Both the position numbers and the translations under genes were made by a program. A DNA stretch of 63,752 nt, the filler included. It is 5 parts of 5 records of this genome, joined end to end, with 100 filler letters (N's around TTAATTAATTAA, not from the genome) between each part and the next. Parts side by side here need not be neighbours in the genome. Positions count along the whole stretch, not along the records: positions 9,115 to 26,566 come from SRR31156797_1304; 4 more parts are not named here. One strand, given 5' to 3'. Position 1 is the first letter of the stretch; every line of letters starts with the position of its first letter. The notes under the pieces are model-generated. The model was not told where the DNA came from and did no database searches. It saw only the letters and a program-made list of their open reading frames with translations. This document shows positions 11,215-20,969 of this stretch, piece by piece.

Positions 11215-13035
11215 ATGGAGGTTATAAATTTGAATAATGTTTTGAATTTTATAAAACAAACATTCAATACAAAAGAGTTTATCCCTCTTCATGAACCAAG
11301 ATTTAATGGAAATGAAAAAAAATATCTTAATGATTGTATTGATTCAACATTTGTATCAAGTGTAGGGAAATATGTTGATAGTTTTGAAAAAGAGTTTGCA
11401 AAAAAAATTGGTTCTAAATATGCTGTTGCAACTGTAAATGGAACGGCTGCATTACATATAGCACTTCTTTTAGCAAATGTTTCGAAAGATGATGAGGTTA
11501 TAACACAACCTCTAACTTTTATAGCTACTTGCAATGCCATCTCTTACATAGGAGCTTCTCCTATTTTTATTGATGTTGATTTAGATACTATGGGATTGAG
11601 TCCTAAAGCATTACAAGATTTTCTTGAAAACAACTGTGAATTAAAAGAAAAAGAATGTATAAATAAAGCTACAGGAAAAGTAATCAAAGCTTGTGTTCCA
11701 ATGCATACATTTGGTCATTCTTGTAGAATAGATGAAATTGTAGAGATATGTGAAAAGTGGAATATCACTGTAGTTGAAGATAGTGCAGAAAGCTTGGGAA
11801 GTTTTTATAAAAATAAGCATACCGGAACATTTGGTAAAGTATCTGCCTTTTCTTTTAATGGAAATAAAACAATTACTTCAGGTGGTGGTGGAGTTATTGT
11901 AACTGATGATGAAGAGTTAGCAAAAAAAGCTAAACATATAACAACAACTGCAAAGGTACCACACCCATATGAGTATGTACATGACCAAGTAGGTTATAAC
12001 TATAGAATGCCAAATATAAATGCAGCCTTACTAGTAGCACAGTTAGAACAGTTAGATACTTTTTTAGAATCTAAAAGAGACTTAGCTAGTTTGTATAAAG
12101 AGTTTTTTAAAGACTATGATTCTATAGAATTTATAGAAGAACCAAAAGATAGCATTTCTAACTATTGGTTACAAGCTGTTAAATTTGAGACTTTAGAGCA
12201 AAGAGATGAGTTTTTAAAATTTACAAATAAACAAGGTGTTATGACAAGACCTATTTGGAAACTTATGAGTGAGTTGGATATGTTCAAAGATTGTCAAAAA
12301 GGTGATCTAAGAAATGCAAAATATCTTGAAGAAAGAATTGTAAATATACCAAGTTCAGTAAGAGTTAAAAAAGAAGAAAAATTGAAAAATATAATAATTG
12401 TAGGTGCAGGTGGTTTTTCAAAAGAACTTTATAGTTATATAAATAATGAAATTGAAAATGGAACATTGAAAAATTATAAAATCAAAGGTTTTCTTGATGT
12501 TGACAAAGACTCTTTTTCCAAAATGAATATTAAGTCTACTTATTTAGGAAGTGAAGATAACTATAAAGTTGAAAATGCAGATTATTTTTTAGTTGCAGTT
12601 GGAAATATCAATTTACGAAAAAAAATTATATCAAAATTAAAAAATATAAATGCTAACTTTTTTACATATATACATGAATCAGTTGTTTTAGCTTCTGATT
12701 CAAAAATAGGAGAAGGTGTCATTATTTGTCCCAATTGTATTGTTCAGCCAAATACAATTATTTCAGATCATTGTGTGATAAATATATTTTCAAGTATAGG
12801 ACATGATTCAAAAATTGGTGAAAACTCAATTTTAAGTCCTTATTGCACATTAAATGGAAATGTTTCTGCTGGAAAAAATTTATTTATGGGGACAAGATCA
12901 ACAATTCTTTTAGGAACAGATGTCGGCAATAACTGTACTATATCAGCCAACACAGTGGTTAAAGATAGTGTAGAAGATGGATTTATTATTCAAGATAAAA
13001 CAAAACAAATAAAAGTAAAAAATAGATTAATTTAA
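11215..13035 (+). CDS. legC: LegC-type PLP aminotransferase fused in frame to a NeuD/PglD-like hexapeptide acyltransferase
   Basis: IPLHEP, SFNGNK, GYNYRMPN, TRPIW, IPSS, followed by IIIVGAGG and left-handed beta-helix repeats. Confidence 0.85.
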   Translation: MEVINLNNVLNFIKQTFNTKEFIPLHEPRFNGNEKKYLNDCIDSTFVSSVGKYVDSFEKEFAKKIGSKYAVATVNGTAALHIALLLANVSKDDEVITQPLTFIATCNAISYIGASPIFIDVDLDTMGLSPKALQDFLENNCELKEKECINKATGKVIKACVPMHTFGHSCRIDEIVEICEKWNITVVEDSAESLGSFYKNKHTGTFGKVSAFSFNGNKTITSGGGGVIVTDDEELAKKAKHITTTAKVPHPYEYVHDQVGYNYRMPNINAALLVAQLEQLDTFLESKRDLASLYKEFFKDYDSIEFIEEPKDSISNYWLQAVKFETLEQRDEFLKFTNKQGVMTRPIWKLMSELDMFKDCQKGDLRNAKYLEERIVNIPSSVRVKKEEKLKNIIIVGAGGFSKELYSYINNEIENGTLKNYKIKGFLDVDKDSFSKMNIKSTYLGSEDNYKVENADYFLVAVGNINLRKKIISKLKNINANFFTYIHESVVLASDSKIGEGVIICPNCIVQPNTIISDHCVINIFSSIGHDSKIGENSILSPYCTLNGNVSAGKNLFMGTRSTILLGTDVGNNCTISANTVVKDSVEDGFIIQDKTKQIKVKNRLI

Positions 13036-13046
13036 TAGGAGATAAT

Positions 13047-13274
13047 ATGGATAAGAAAGAAAAATTATATAATATTTTTGCAGAAGCACTAGGAGTAGAT
13101 AGAACTGTCATTGTTGATGATCTTCAATATAACTCTATAGGTGAGTGGGATTCTGTAGCCCATATGGCTTTAGTAGCAGAGATAGAAGAAGCATTTGATA
13201 TTATGCTTGATACAGATGATATAATTGATATGAGTTCACCTTTAAAAGCATTAGAAATTATTGAGAAATATTAA
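13047..13274 (+). CDS. Acyl carrier protein
   Basis: Acidic 75 aa with WDSVAHM phosphopantetheine site; RBS AGGAG. Confidence 0.88.
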   Translation: MDKKEKLYNIFAEALGVDRTVIVDDLQYNSIGEWDSVAHMALVAEIEEAFDIMLDTDDIIDMSSPLKALEIIEKY

Positions 13275-13278
13275 AATT

Positions 13279-14022
13279 ATGTTATTAGAGAATAAATTAG
13301 CATTAATTACTGGATCTACAAGAGGAATAGGTCGAGCTATTGCCGAGGTATTTGCTAAAAATGGATGTAATTTAATTTTAAATGCAAGAAATCAATTAAA
13401 AGCAGAAGAATATGCAAATGAATTAAAAAATAGATATGGTATAGATGTGTATATTGTTTTGTTTGACGTTTCTAATTACGATGAAGTGAAAAGAGGTTTT
13501 AGAGAAATATTTTCAATATCTAAAAAGATAGATATTGTTGTAAATAACTCAGGAGTATTAGATGACTCTTTAATTGGTATGGTTTCAAGAAATCAAATAG
13601 AAGAAACATTTTCAACAAATACCTTTGGAACTTTATATGTCTCTCAATATTCAGCAAGAATGATGAGTAAAAATAAATCAGGGTCAATTATAAATATAAG
13701 TTCAATTATAGGAGTAAATGGTAATGAAGGGCAAGCAGTATATGGAGGAAGTAAAGCAGCTGTTATAGGAATCACTAAATCTTTATCAAAAGAGTTGGCT
13801 TCTAATAATATTAGAGTTAATGCAATTGCTCCAGGTTTTATAGATACTGATATGACTACACAATTACCTAAAGAGAAATATGAAGAGAGATTAAACTCTA
13901 TAAAAATGGGAAGAATAGGTAGTCCCTATGATATAGCTAATACAGCATTGTATTTAGCTTCAGATTTATCTTCATATGTAACTGGACAAATAATAGGAGT
14001 TGATGGGGGGATGCTTATCTAA
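13279..14022 (+). CDS. fabG: SDR, 3-oxoacyl-ACP reductase-like
   Basis: TGSTRGIG, NNSG, YGGSK, NAIAPGFIDT; ATG at 13279 preferred. Confidence 0.85.
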   Translation: MLLENKLALITGSTRGIGRAIAEVFAKNGCNLILNARNQLKAEEYANELKNRYGIDVYIVLFDVSNYDEVKRGFREIFSISKKIDIVVNNSGVLDDSLIGMVSRNQIEETFSTNTFGTLYVSQYSARMMSKNKSGSIINISSIIGVNGNEGQAVYGGSKAAVIGITKSLSKELASNNIRVNAIAPGFIDTDMTTQLPKEKYEERLNSIKMGRIGSPYDIANTALYLASDLSSYVTGQIIGVDGGMLI

Positions 14023-15416
14023 TGTTTTTTAATAATCTTTCTAAATATAATAAAAATATCTGTTTAATATCAGAAACTAGAACTTTTACTTATGAAGAAG
14101 TTAATGAATCAAGTGAAAGAATCAAACAGTTTTTGCCATCTGAAAAAAAATTAATTATTTTAAAAGCAAAAATAAATGTAGAAACAATTATAGGTTATTT
14201 AGCTTTTTTGAAAGCAGATTATGCATTTATAATATTAGATTCTGGAATTGATAGTCAACTAATTAATGGAATTATAGAAGCTTATCAACCACATTTTATT
14301 TGGGAAGAAAAAGAAAAAAACTTAGAATATTTAATAGATTTTGGAGATTATGGTTTAAGAGAGTTTAATAAAGAATTTTATGAAATAAATAAAAATTTAA
14401 CTGTCATGTTATCAACTTCTGGAACTACAGGTGCTCCAAAAATGGTAAAACTCACGAAAAATAACTTGAATGAAAATTGCAAGTCAATAGTAGAATATCT
14501 AAAAATAGATTCAAGTCACAGAGTAATTACTAATTTGCCATTTTATTATTCTTATGGATTGTCTATTTTAAATACTCATTTATCTATGGGAGCATCACTT
14601 GTTGTTACAGATAAATCTATTTTATCAAAAGAATTTTGGACTGCTTTTAATGAAAATGAAGTTACTACTCTTAATGGGGTTCCATATAATTATGAGATTT
14701 TAAGAAGAATAGGAATATTTAAAATGCAATTACCTTCATTAAAATATTTAACTCAGGCGGGAGGAAAATTGAATAAAGCATTAGTATTAGAGTTTTCGAA
14801 ATGGGCATTAGATAAAAATATAGATTTTTATGTGATGTATGGACAGACAGAAGCCTCTGCTAGAATAGCTTATTTAGCACCGACAGAATTGATGAATAAA
14901 GAATCAAGTATAGGCATACCAATACCTAATGGAAAATTGTTAATAAAAGACTTACAATCATCAAAATATATAACTGAGTCAAATATTGAAGGTGAATTAA
15001 TATATGAAGGCCCTAATGTAATGATGGGTTATGCAGAGAGTTATAAGGACTTATCAACTGAAGATGAACTAAAAGGAGTTTTGCATACTGGAGATATTGG
15101 GAAAAAAGATGATGAGGGCTTTTTTTATATTACAGGAAGACTTAAAAGATTTATTAAGATTCATGGAAATAGAGTAGGTTTAGATGAAGTAGAACATTTT
15201 TTAAAAATAAAACACTATAATGTTTTATGTACAGGTGTTGATAACGTATTAATGATTGCAACAATGGATAATTCAAGAGTTGAAGAAATAAAAAAAATAA
15301 TCATAAAAAAATATGGTTTTCATCATACAGTAGTAAAAGTTAAATATATAAATGAATTTCCAATTTCAAATAGTGGAAAAATAAATTATAAAGAATTACT
15401 TAAGGAATTTAAGTGA
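14022..15416 (+). CDS. AMP-binding acyl-CoA/acyl-ACP ligase
   Basis: STSGTTGAPK, YGQTEA, TGD, GRLKRFIK. Confidence 0.9.
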   Translation: MFFNNLSKYNKNICLISETRTFTYEEVNESSERIKQFLPSEKKLIILKAKINVETIIGYLAFLKADYAFIILDSGIDSQLINGIIEAYQPHFIWEEKEKNLEYLIDFGDYGLREFNKEFYEINKNLTVMLSTSGTTGAPKMVKLTKNNLNENCKSIVEYLKIDSSHRVITNLPFYYSYGLSILNTHLSMGASLVVTDKSILSKEFWTAFNENEVTTLNGVPYNYEILRRIGIFKMQLPSLKYLTQAGGKLNKALVLEFSKWALDKNIDFYVMYGQTEASARIAYLAPTELMNKESSIGIPIPNGKLLIKDLQSSKYITESNIEGELIYEGPNVMMGYAESYKDLSTEDELKGVLHTGDIGKKDDEGFFYITGRLKRFIKIHGNRVGLDEVEHFLKIKHYNVLCTGVDNVLMIATMDNSRVEEIKKIIIKKYGFHHTVVKVKYINEFPISNSGKINYKELLKEFK

Positions 15417-16507
15417 CAATAGAAGATTATTTAGACATAGATCCTTATTCTTTAGAAAAAAAAGAAAAAAGAAAATTTCTTATAAATGGACTAGAAAAGT
15501 TGTCTAAAAAGCATTATAAAGAGTGTAAAGAATATAAGCAGATTATAGATTCCAATGGTCTAAAAAACAATACTTATAAGTCATTAAAAGATTTTTTGCC
15601 TTTACCTGTTAGACTTTTTAAGAACTATAAGTTAAAAAGTTGTAAGGATGATGAAATTGTTAAAACTCTTACTTCTTCAGGAACAACTTCTCAAGTTGTA
15701 TCAAAAATATTTTTAGATAAGGACACCTCTACTTATCAAACAAAAGTACTTGTAAAAATTATGCAAACTTTTTTAGGGAAAAAGAGATTGCCTATGTTAA
15801 TAATTGATACAAAAAGCATTTTAAAAGATAGAAAAATGTTTTCAGCAAGGGGTGCTGGGATATTAGGTTTATCAAATTTTGGGCGAAAACACACGTATGC
15901 ATTAGATGAAAATATGGAAATTGATTTTAATGTAATAGAAAATTTTTTAGAAGAGTTTAGTGGTCAACAAATATTTATTTTTGGTTTTACTTTTATGATT
16001 TGGCAATATTTTTATATGAAGTTGAAAGAAAAAGATAAAAAACTAGATTTTTCAAATGCAATATTAGTTCATAGTGGTGGATGGAAAAAATTAATTGATC
16101 AAGCTGTTGATAATTATACTTTTAAAAGTAGATTAGAAGAACAATTAGGGATTAAGCATATACATAATTTTTATGGAATGGTTGAGCAAGTTGGTTCAAT
16201 ATTTGTAGAATGTGAAGAGGGACATCTTCATGCACCTATTTTTGCAGATATAGTTATAAGAGATTCTTTTACATTAGAAGAAGTAGATTATGGAAAAGAA
16301 GGAATAATTGAGGTACTTTCTATTTTACCTAATAGTTACCCAGGACATGTACTATTAACAGAAGATGTAGGAACAATTTTAGGTGAGGATGACTGTCCTT
16401 GTGGAAAAAAAGGAAAATATTTTAGTGTAAAAGGTAGATTAGCAAAGGCTGAAATTAGAGGTTGTAGTGATACTCATGCATTTGAAAATAAGGCAAAATA
16501 TGAATAA
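15413..16507 (+). CDS. LuxE-family acyl-protein synthetase
   Basis: TSSGTT, HSGGWK, FYGMVE, SYPGHVLLTED, C-terminal RGC. Confidence 0.85.
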   Translation: MTIEDYLDIDPYSLEKKEKRKFLINGLEKLSKKHYKECKEYKQIIDSNGLKNNTYKSLKDFLPLPVRLFKNYKLKSCKDDEIVKTLTSSGTTSQVVSKIFLDKDTSTYQTKVLVKIMQTFLGKKRLPMLIIDTKSILKDRKMFSARGAGILGLSNFGRKHTYALDENMEIDFNVIENFLEEFSGQQIFIFGFTFMIWQYFYMKLKEKDKKLDFSNAILVHSGGWKKLIDQAVDNYTFKSRLEEQLGIKHIHNFYGMVEQVGSIFVECEEGHLHAPIFADIVIRDSFTLEEVDYGKEGIIEVLSILPNSYPGHVLLTEDVGTILGEDDCPCGKKGKYFSVKGRLAKAEIRGCSDTHAFENKAKYE

Positions 16508-17723
16508 TGTAAAAATTGTCGTTCCAAAAAATTATGATAATAAATTAACATTTAATGTTGATAATAAATTAATTGAACCTTTTAGTGATATCTTATTAGA
16601 CTTTATAAATGATGTTTCAAAACAGATATTTAAAGATACTTCTATTAATAAAAACTTTCCTGAATTGATTGCGTTAGCTTATTGGATGAGAAAATCACAT
16701 ATCAATAAATTAAAAGAATATTTTAATGCTATTAGTAATGAGAAAATTTTTTTAGGAAGAGGTGTCGTATTCCATATTGCCCCATCAAATGTTGATACAA
16801 TATTTGTATATTCTTGGTTTATATCTTTACTAGTTGGGAATAGTAATATAGTAAGAATATCTGAAAAGGCAAATCCTCAAACCGATATACTTCTTGAAAT
16901 TATAAATAGTGTATTAGAAAAAAGCAAATATTTAGAATTGAAAAATAAAATTTTAGTACTTAGATATGGACACATTGATGATATAACAAAACAACTATCT
17001 TTGAAATGTGATGTAAGAGTAATCTGGGGTGGAGATTCAACAGTTAATCATATAAGAAAGATACCAATAAAACCTACAAGTGTCGAACTTTCATTTGCAA
17101 ACAAATTTTCTTTTTGTATTTTAAATTCTAAGACATTGATTGATATATCAAAAGAAAAACTTGATTTATTAATTAAAAACTTCTATAACGATTCTTTTTT
17201 ATTCAGTCAGATGGCATGTTCTTCTATACGACTAGTAATATGGGTAGGTAATGATTCTCTAAATGAAGAAGCAAAAAAAATATTTTGGAATCAGTTAAAT
17301 AACTATGTAAATGAGAATAAACCAGAAGATATTCAACCTGCAGATATTATAAATAAAATTGTTTCGAAATGTTCAATGGCAATAGAAAGTAATGTACAGG
17401 TTCTTGAAGTAGAATCACCTTATATACATAAAGTAAATATAGAAGATATAAATAATATAAAAGAAAACTTACATTGTGGTAGTGGTTTATTCTATGAACT
17501 AGAAACAGATAAATTGAATGAAATATTTTCATCTATGACAAAAAAACATCAAACTATTTCATACTTTGGTTTTAATAAAATAGAGTTAACAAATTTAATA
17601 AAGGAGATTCAACCCTATGGTATTGATAGAATTGTACCTATAGGTAAGTCTTTAGAATTTTCAAATACTTGGGATGGATTTGATTTATTTAAAAGTTTTA
17701 GTAGAGAAATAGAAATTTTATAG
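16500..17723 (+). CDS. LuxC-family acyl-CoA reductase
   Basis: GVVFHIAPSNV, WGGD, QMACSS, GIDRIVPIG, WDG; ATG at 16500 overlaps the LuxE-like stop. Confidence 0.85.
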   Translation: MNNVKIVVPKNYDNKLTFNVDNKLIEPFSDILLDFINDVSKQIFKDTSINKNFPELIALAYWMRKSHINKLKEYFNAISNEKIFLGRGVVFHIAPSNVDTIFVYSWFISLLVGNSNIVRISEKANPQTDILLEIINSVLEKSKYLELKNKILVLRYGHIDDITKQLSLKCDVRVIWGGDSTVNHIRKIPIKPTSVELSFANKFSFCILNSKTLIDISKEKLDLLIKNFYNDSFLFSQMACSSIRLVIWVGNDSLNEEAKKIFWNQLNNYVNENKPEDIQPADIINKIVSKCSMAIESNVQVLEVESPYIHKVNIEDINNIKENLHCGSGLFYELETDKLNEIFSSMTKKHQTISYFGFNKIELTNLIKEIQPYGIDRIVPIGKSLEFSNTWDGFDLFKSFSREIEIL

Positions 17724-17732
17724 GAGAGTAAT

Positions 17733-18743
17733 ATGAATAAGGTATTTATAATTGCAGAAGCTGGAGTTAATCATAATGGTTCATTTGACTTAGCAAAAAA
17801 ATTAATTGATGCAGCTGTTGAAGCAGGTGCAGATGCTGTTAAGTTTCAAACATGGAAAACAGAACTTTGTATTGTTGAAACAGCGGAAAAAGCAGAATAT
17901 CAAAAGACAACTACAGGTAGTGATGAAACGCAATTTGAAATGGTCAAAAAACTTGAAATTGATGATAAAACTCATTATGAACTTTTAGCTTACTGTAAAA
18001 CAAAAAATATCATGTTTCTATCTTCTCCTTTTGATCACTACAGTATAGATTTATTAAATAATTTAGGAATGGAAATTTTTAAAGTTGCAAGTGGTGAACT
18101 TACAAGTTTACCTTATTTGCGTCATATTGGTAGTTTAAATAAAAAAGTTATTCTTTCAACTGGAATGGCAGATATTGGTGAAATAGAGGATGCAATCGAT
18201 ATACTAATAGCGTCAGGAACAAAAAAAGAGAATATTACAGTTTTACATGCAAATACAGAATATCCAACGCCAATGGAAGATGTTAATTTAAATGCAATGG
18301 TAACCATTGGAAATACTTTTGATATTACGTATGGTTATAGTGATCATACTCAAGGAATTGAAGTTGATATAGCGGCTGTAGCATTAGGTGCTTCTTGTAT
18401 AGAGAAACACTTTACATTAGATAAAAATATGGAAGGACCAGATCATAGAGCGAGCTTAGAGCCAGATGAATTAAAAAGAATGGTTCAATCAATTAGAAAT
18501 ATTGAAGTAGCATTAGGTTCAAAAGTAAAAAAGCCAACTCCAAGTGAAAAAAAGAATACTTCAGTTGCAAGAAAATCGATTGTTGCAAAAACAAGTATAA
18601 AAAAGGGTGATGTTTTCACTGAAGATAATTTATGTATAAAAAGACCAGGAACAGGCTTGAGTCCTATGTTATGGGATGAGGTAGTTGGTGCAATATCTCA
18701 AAAAGATTATGTAGAAGATGAGATGATAGAAAAAGGTATATAA
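17733..18743 (+). CDS. neuB: Nonulosonate (legionaminate) synthase NeuB/LegI
   Basis: IIAEAGVNHNG, AVKFQ, GYSDHT, IEKHFTLD, C-terminal AFP-like domain (KRPGTG). Confidence 0.93.
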   Translation: MNKVFIIAEAGVNHNGSFDLAKKLIDAAVEAGADAVKFQTWKTELCIVETAEKAEYQKTTTGSDETQFEMVKKLEIDDKTHYELLAYCKTKNIMFLSSPFDHYSIDLLNNLGMEIFKVASGELTSLPYLRHIGSLNKKVILSTGMADIGEIEDAIDILIASGTKKENITVLHANTEYPTPMEDVNLNAMVTIGNTFDITYGYSDHTQGIEVDIAAVALGASCIEKHFTLDKNMEGPDHRASLEPDELKRMVQSIRNIEVALGSKVKKPTPSEKKNTSVARKSIVAKTSIKKGDVFTEDNLCIKRPGTGLSPMLWDEVVGAISQKDYVEDEMIEKGI

Positions 18744-18744
18744 C

Positions 18745-19440
18745 ATGAATAATGATTTAAGAGAGGATAAGTGGAATAATAGTTATAAAAATAAGGATAA
18801 CTTTATCTTTTATCCACATGAGGAAATTGTAAGATTTATTTCAAAATATATTAGAAAAAGAATTGGTCTAAATGATTTCATAGATCAACAAGAATATACA
18901 GATACACCAAAAGTTTTAGATTTTGGTTGTGGAATAGGCCGGCATATCTTATTATCTAATGAATTTAATCTAGAAGCATATGGTTTTGATTTATCAAAAG
19001 AAGCAATTTCTGTAGCAAAAAACAATTTTGAAAAGAAAAACTTATTGAACTTGATAGATAGAGTACAAGTTGCAGATATTACAAATTTGCCTTATACCGA
19101 TAAATTCTTTGACTTTATGCTTTCTCATGGTGTGTTAGATAGTATGCCTTTTGAAATTGCAAAAAAAGGTATATTTGAATTATCAAGAACAATAAAAGAT
19201 TCTGGATTAATATATTTTGATGTAATAAGTACAAAAGATACAAGTTCTGAAAATAAACTAGAACAAGAAGTAGAAACTAAACATGAAGAAGGAACCATTC
19301 AATCTTATTTTGATGAGGAAAGAATTGAACTTTTATTAAAAGATCATTTTCAAATAATAGAGTTGTATGAAATAAAAAGAGAAGATATCATAAATAAAAA
19401 TTTGGTTTCAAGGTATCATGTAATTGCTAAAAAAATATAA
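18745..19440 (+). CDS. Class I SAM-dependent methyltransferase
   Basis: VLDFGCGIGRH motif I. Confidence 0.85.
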   Translation: MNNDLREDKWNNSYKNKDNFIFYPHEEIVRFISKYIRKRIGLNDFIDQQEYTDTPKVLDFGCGIGRHILLSNEFNLEAYGFDLSKEAISVAKNNFEKKNLLNLIDRVQVADITNLPYTDKFFDFMLSHGVLDSMPFEIAKKGIFELSRTIKDSGLIYFDVISTKDTSSENKLEQEVETKHEEGTIQSYFDEERIELLLKDHFQIIELYEIKREDIINKNLVSRYHVIAKKI

Positions 19441-19456
19441 GGGATTAAGGATTAGT

Positions 19457-20356
19457 TTGAATATTCTAACTGAAGCAACAGGAAGTTTAACTTCTAATTA
19501 TATAATAAAAGCAATTCAGAGCTCTGGATATAAAGCAGTAGGTTCTGATATTTCAGAGTTTAATCATGGAAAAGCTTTGTGTGACGATTTTATTATTATG
19601 CCTAGAATTAATGACGATAAATTGTGGGAGAAAACATTTGCTCTTTTGAAAAAGCATAAGATTGATATTGTAATTCCTTCATTTGATGAAACTTTACTTG
19701 ATTGGGCTAGATATAAAGAAGAGCTAGAAAAAGAAAATATTCATGTTATTTTATCCCCTTTTGAAACATTAGAAAAATTTCAAGATAAATGGAATACATA
19801 TGAATTCTTTAAGTCAATAAATATTCCTACTCCTAAGACAAGTTTAACTGCAGATTTTGAGATAATTAAACCTAGATTAGGAAGAGGAGGCTCAGGAATT
19901 TTTGAAAATAGTTTCAAAAATGACTTTTCAATGGAAGGTAATATTTCTCAAGAAAAAATTGAAGGTGAAGAGTATACAGTTGATGTCTTTTTTACTAACG
20001 ATGGAAAACCTTTGTATATTGTTCCAAGAAAAAGAGTTGATGTAAAAGATGGAAAATCAACAAAAGGTATAGTTGTTAAAGATCTAAGAATTGATGAACA
20101 TATAATAGAAATTTCAAAACATACAAAGTTTATTGGTCCAATAAACTTTCAACTTTTTATAACAAAAGACAATGAAATAGTTTTTATAGAGGTAAACCCT
20201 AGAATTGCAGGTGGAATGGCACTAGGTTTTGCAGCAACTGAAAATTGGATAGATTTAATTGTAAATAATATTGTAAAAAAAGAAGCAATTAATAATAAAA
20301 AGAGTGTAAATTATGGGCTTAGAATGGTGCGATATTATGAAGAATCATTTTTTTAA
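19457..20356 (+). CDS. ATP-grasp protein
   Basis: DKWNTY, IKPRLGRGG, QEKIEGEEYTVD, IEVNPRIAGG; TTG at 19457 follows RBS AAGGA. Confidence 0.85.
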   Translation: MNILTEATGSLTSNYIIKAIQSSGYKAVGSDISEFNHGKALCDDFIIMPRINDDKLWEKTFALLKKHKIDIVIPSFDETLLDWARYKEELEKENIHVILSPFETLEKFQDKWNTYEFFKSINIPTPKTSLTADFEIIKPRLGRGGSGIFENSFKNDFSMEGNISQEKIEGEEYTVDVFFTNDGKPLYIVPRKRVDVKDGKSTKGIVVKDLRIDEHIIEISKHTKFIGPINFQLFITKDNEIVFIEVNPRIAGGMALGFAATENWIDLIVNNIVKKEAINNKKSVNYGLRMVRYYEESFF

Positions 20357-20969
20357 GAAATTAGACTTTGCAAATATTGAATATATAGGATTTGATATGG
20401 ATGGAACCTTATATGATGAATTTGACTTTGTTATCCAACCATATCGAGATATTTCAAATTTATTCTATCAAGATGAAGAGGCTTTTTCTTATCTTTCTAG
20501 TCGTTGGATAGAAAAAGGAAGTTCTTATAATAAAATATTTGATGAAGCATATGATATGTTTAGTCACTCTTTGAAAGTGGATATTGATAAAAATGATTTT
20601 ATTAAAAAATCTTTAACTATCTATCGAAATACTGTACCAACTTTAAAACTTCATAACAGAACAAAATTTTTTTTAGATACTTTTGCAAAAAAGTATAAAT
20701 TGTTTTTAATATCTGATGGTAATATAGAACTTCAAAAGAAAAAATTTATAGCTTTATCCCTTGATAAATATTTTGATGAAGAAAATGTAGTTTTTACAGG
20801 AATAGATTCTAAAAAGTATGAAAAACCAAAAAAAGAATCTTTAGAACTATTGAATATTAATCCTTCCAAAAGTATTTTTTTTGGAGATAGAGAAAAAGAT
20901 AAAGAATTTGCACATAATACTAGTATGCAGTTCCAACAGGTTTATAATATGATTGAAGTGAGAATCTAA
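20337..20969 (+). CDS. HAD-superfamily hydrolase
   Basis: FDMDGTLYD, ISDG, KP, FFGD...D. Confidence 0.85.
   Translation: MKNHFFKKLDFANIEYIGFDMDGTLYDEFDFVIQPYRDISNLFYQDEEAFSYLSSRWIEKGSSYNKIFDEAYDMFSHSLKVDIDKNDFIKKSLTIYRNTVPTLKLHNRTKFFLDTFAKKYKLFLISDGNIELQKKKFIALSLDKYFDEENVVFTGIDSKKYEKPKKESLELLNINPSKSIFFGDREKDKEFAHNTSMQFQQVYNMIEVRI

Noticed and set aside
15413-17723. Bioluminescence (lux) operon
   Set aside because: Only LuxE/LuxC-like genes are present; there is no luxA, luxB or luxD, and the context is glycan biosynthesis
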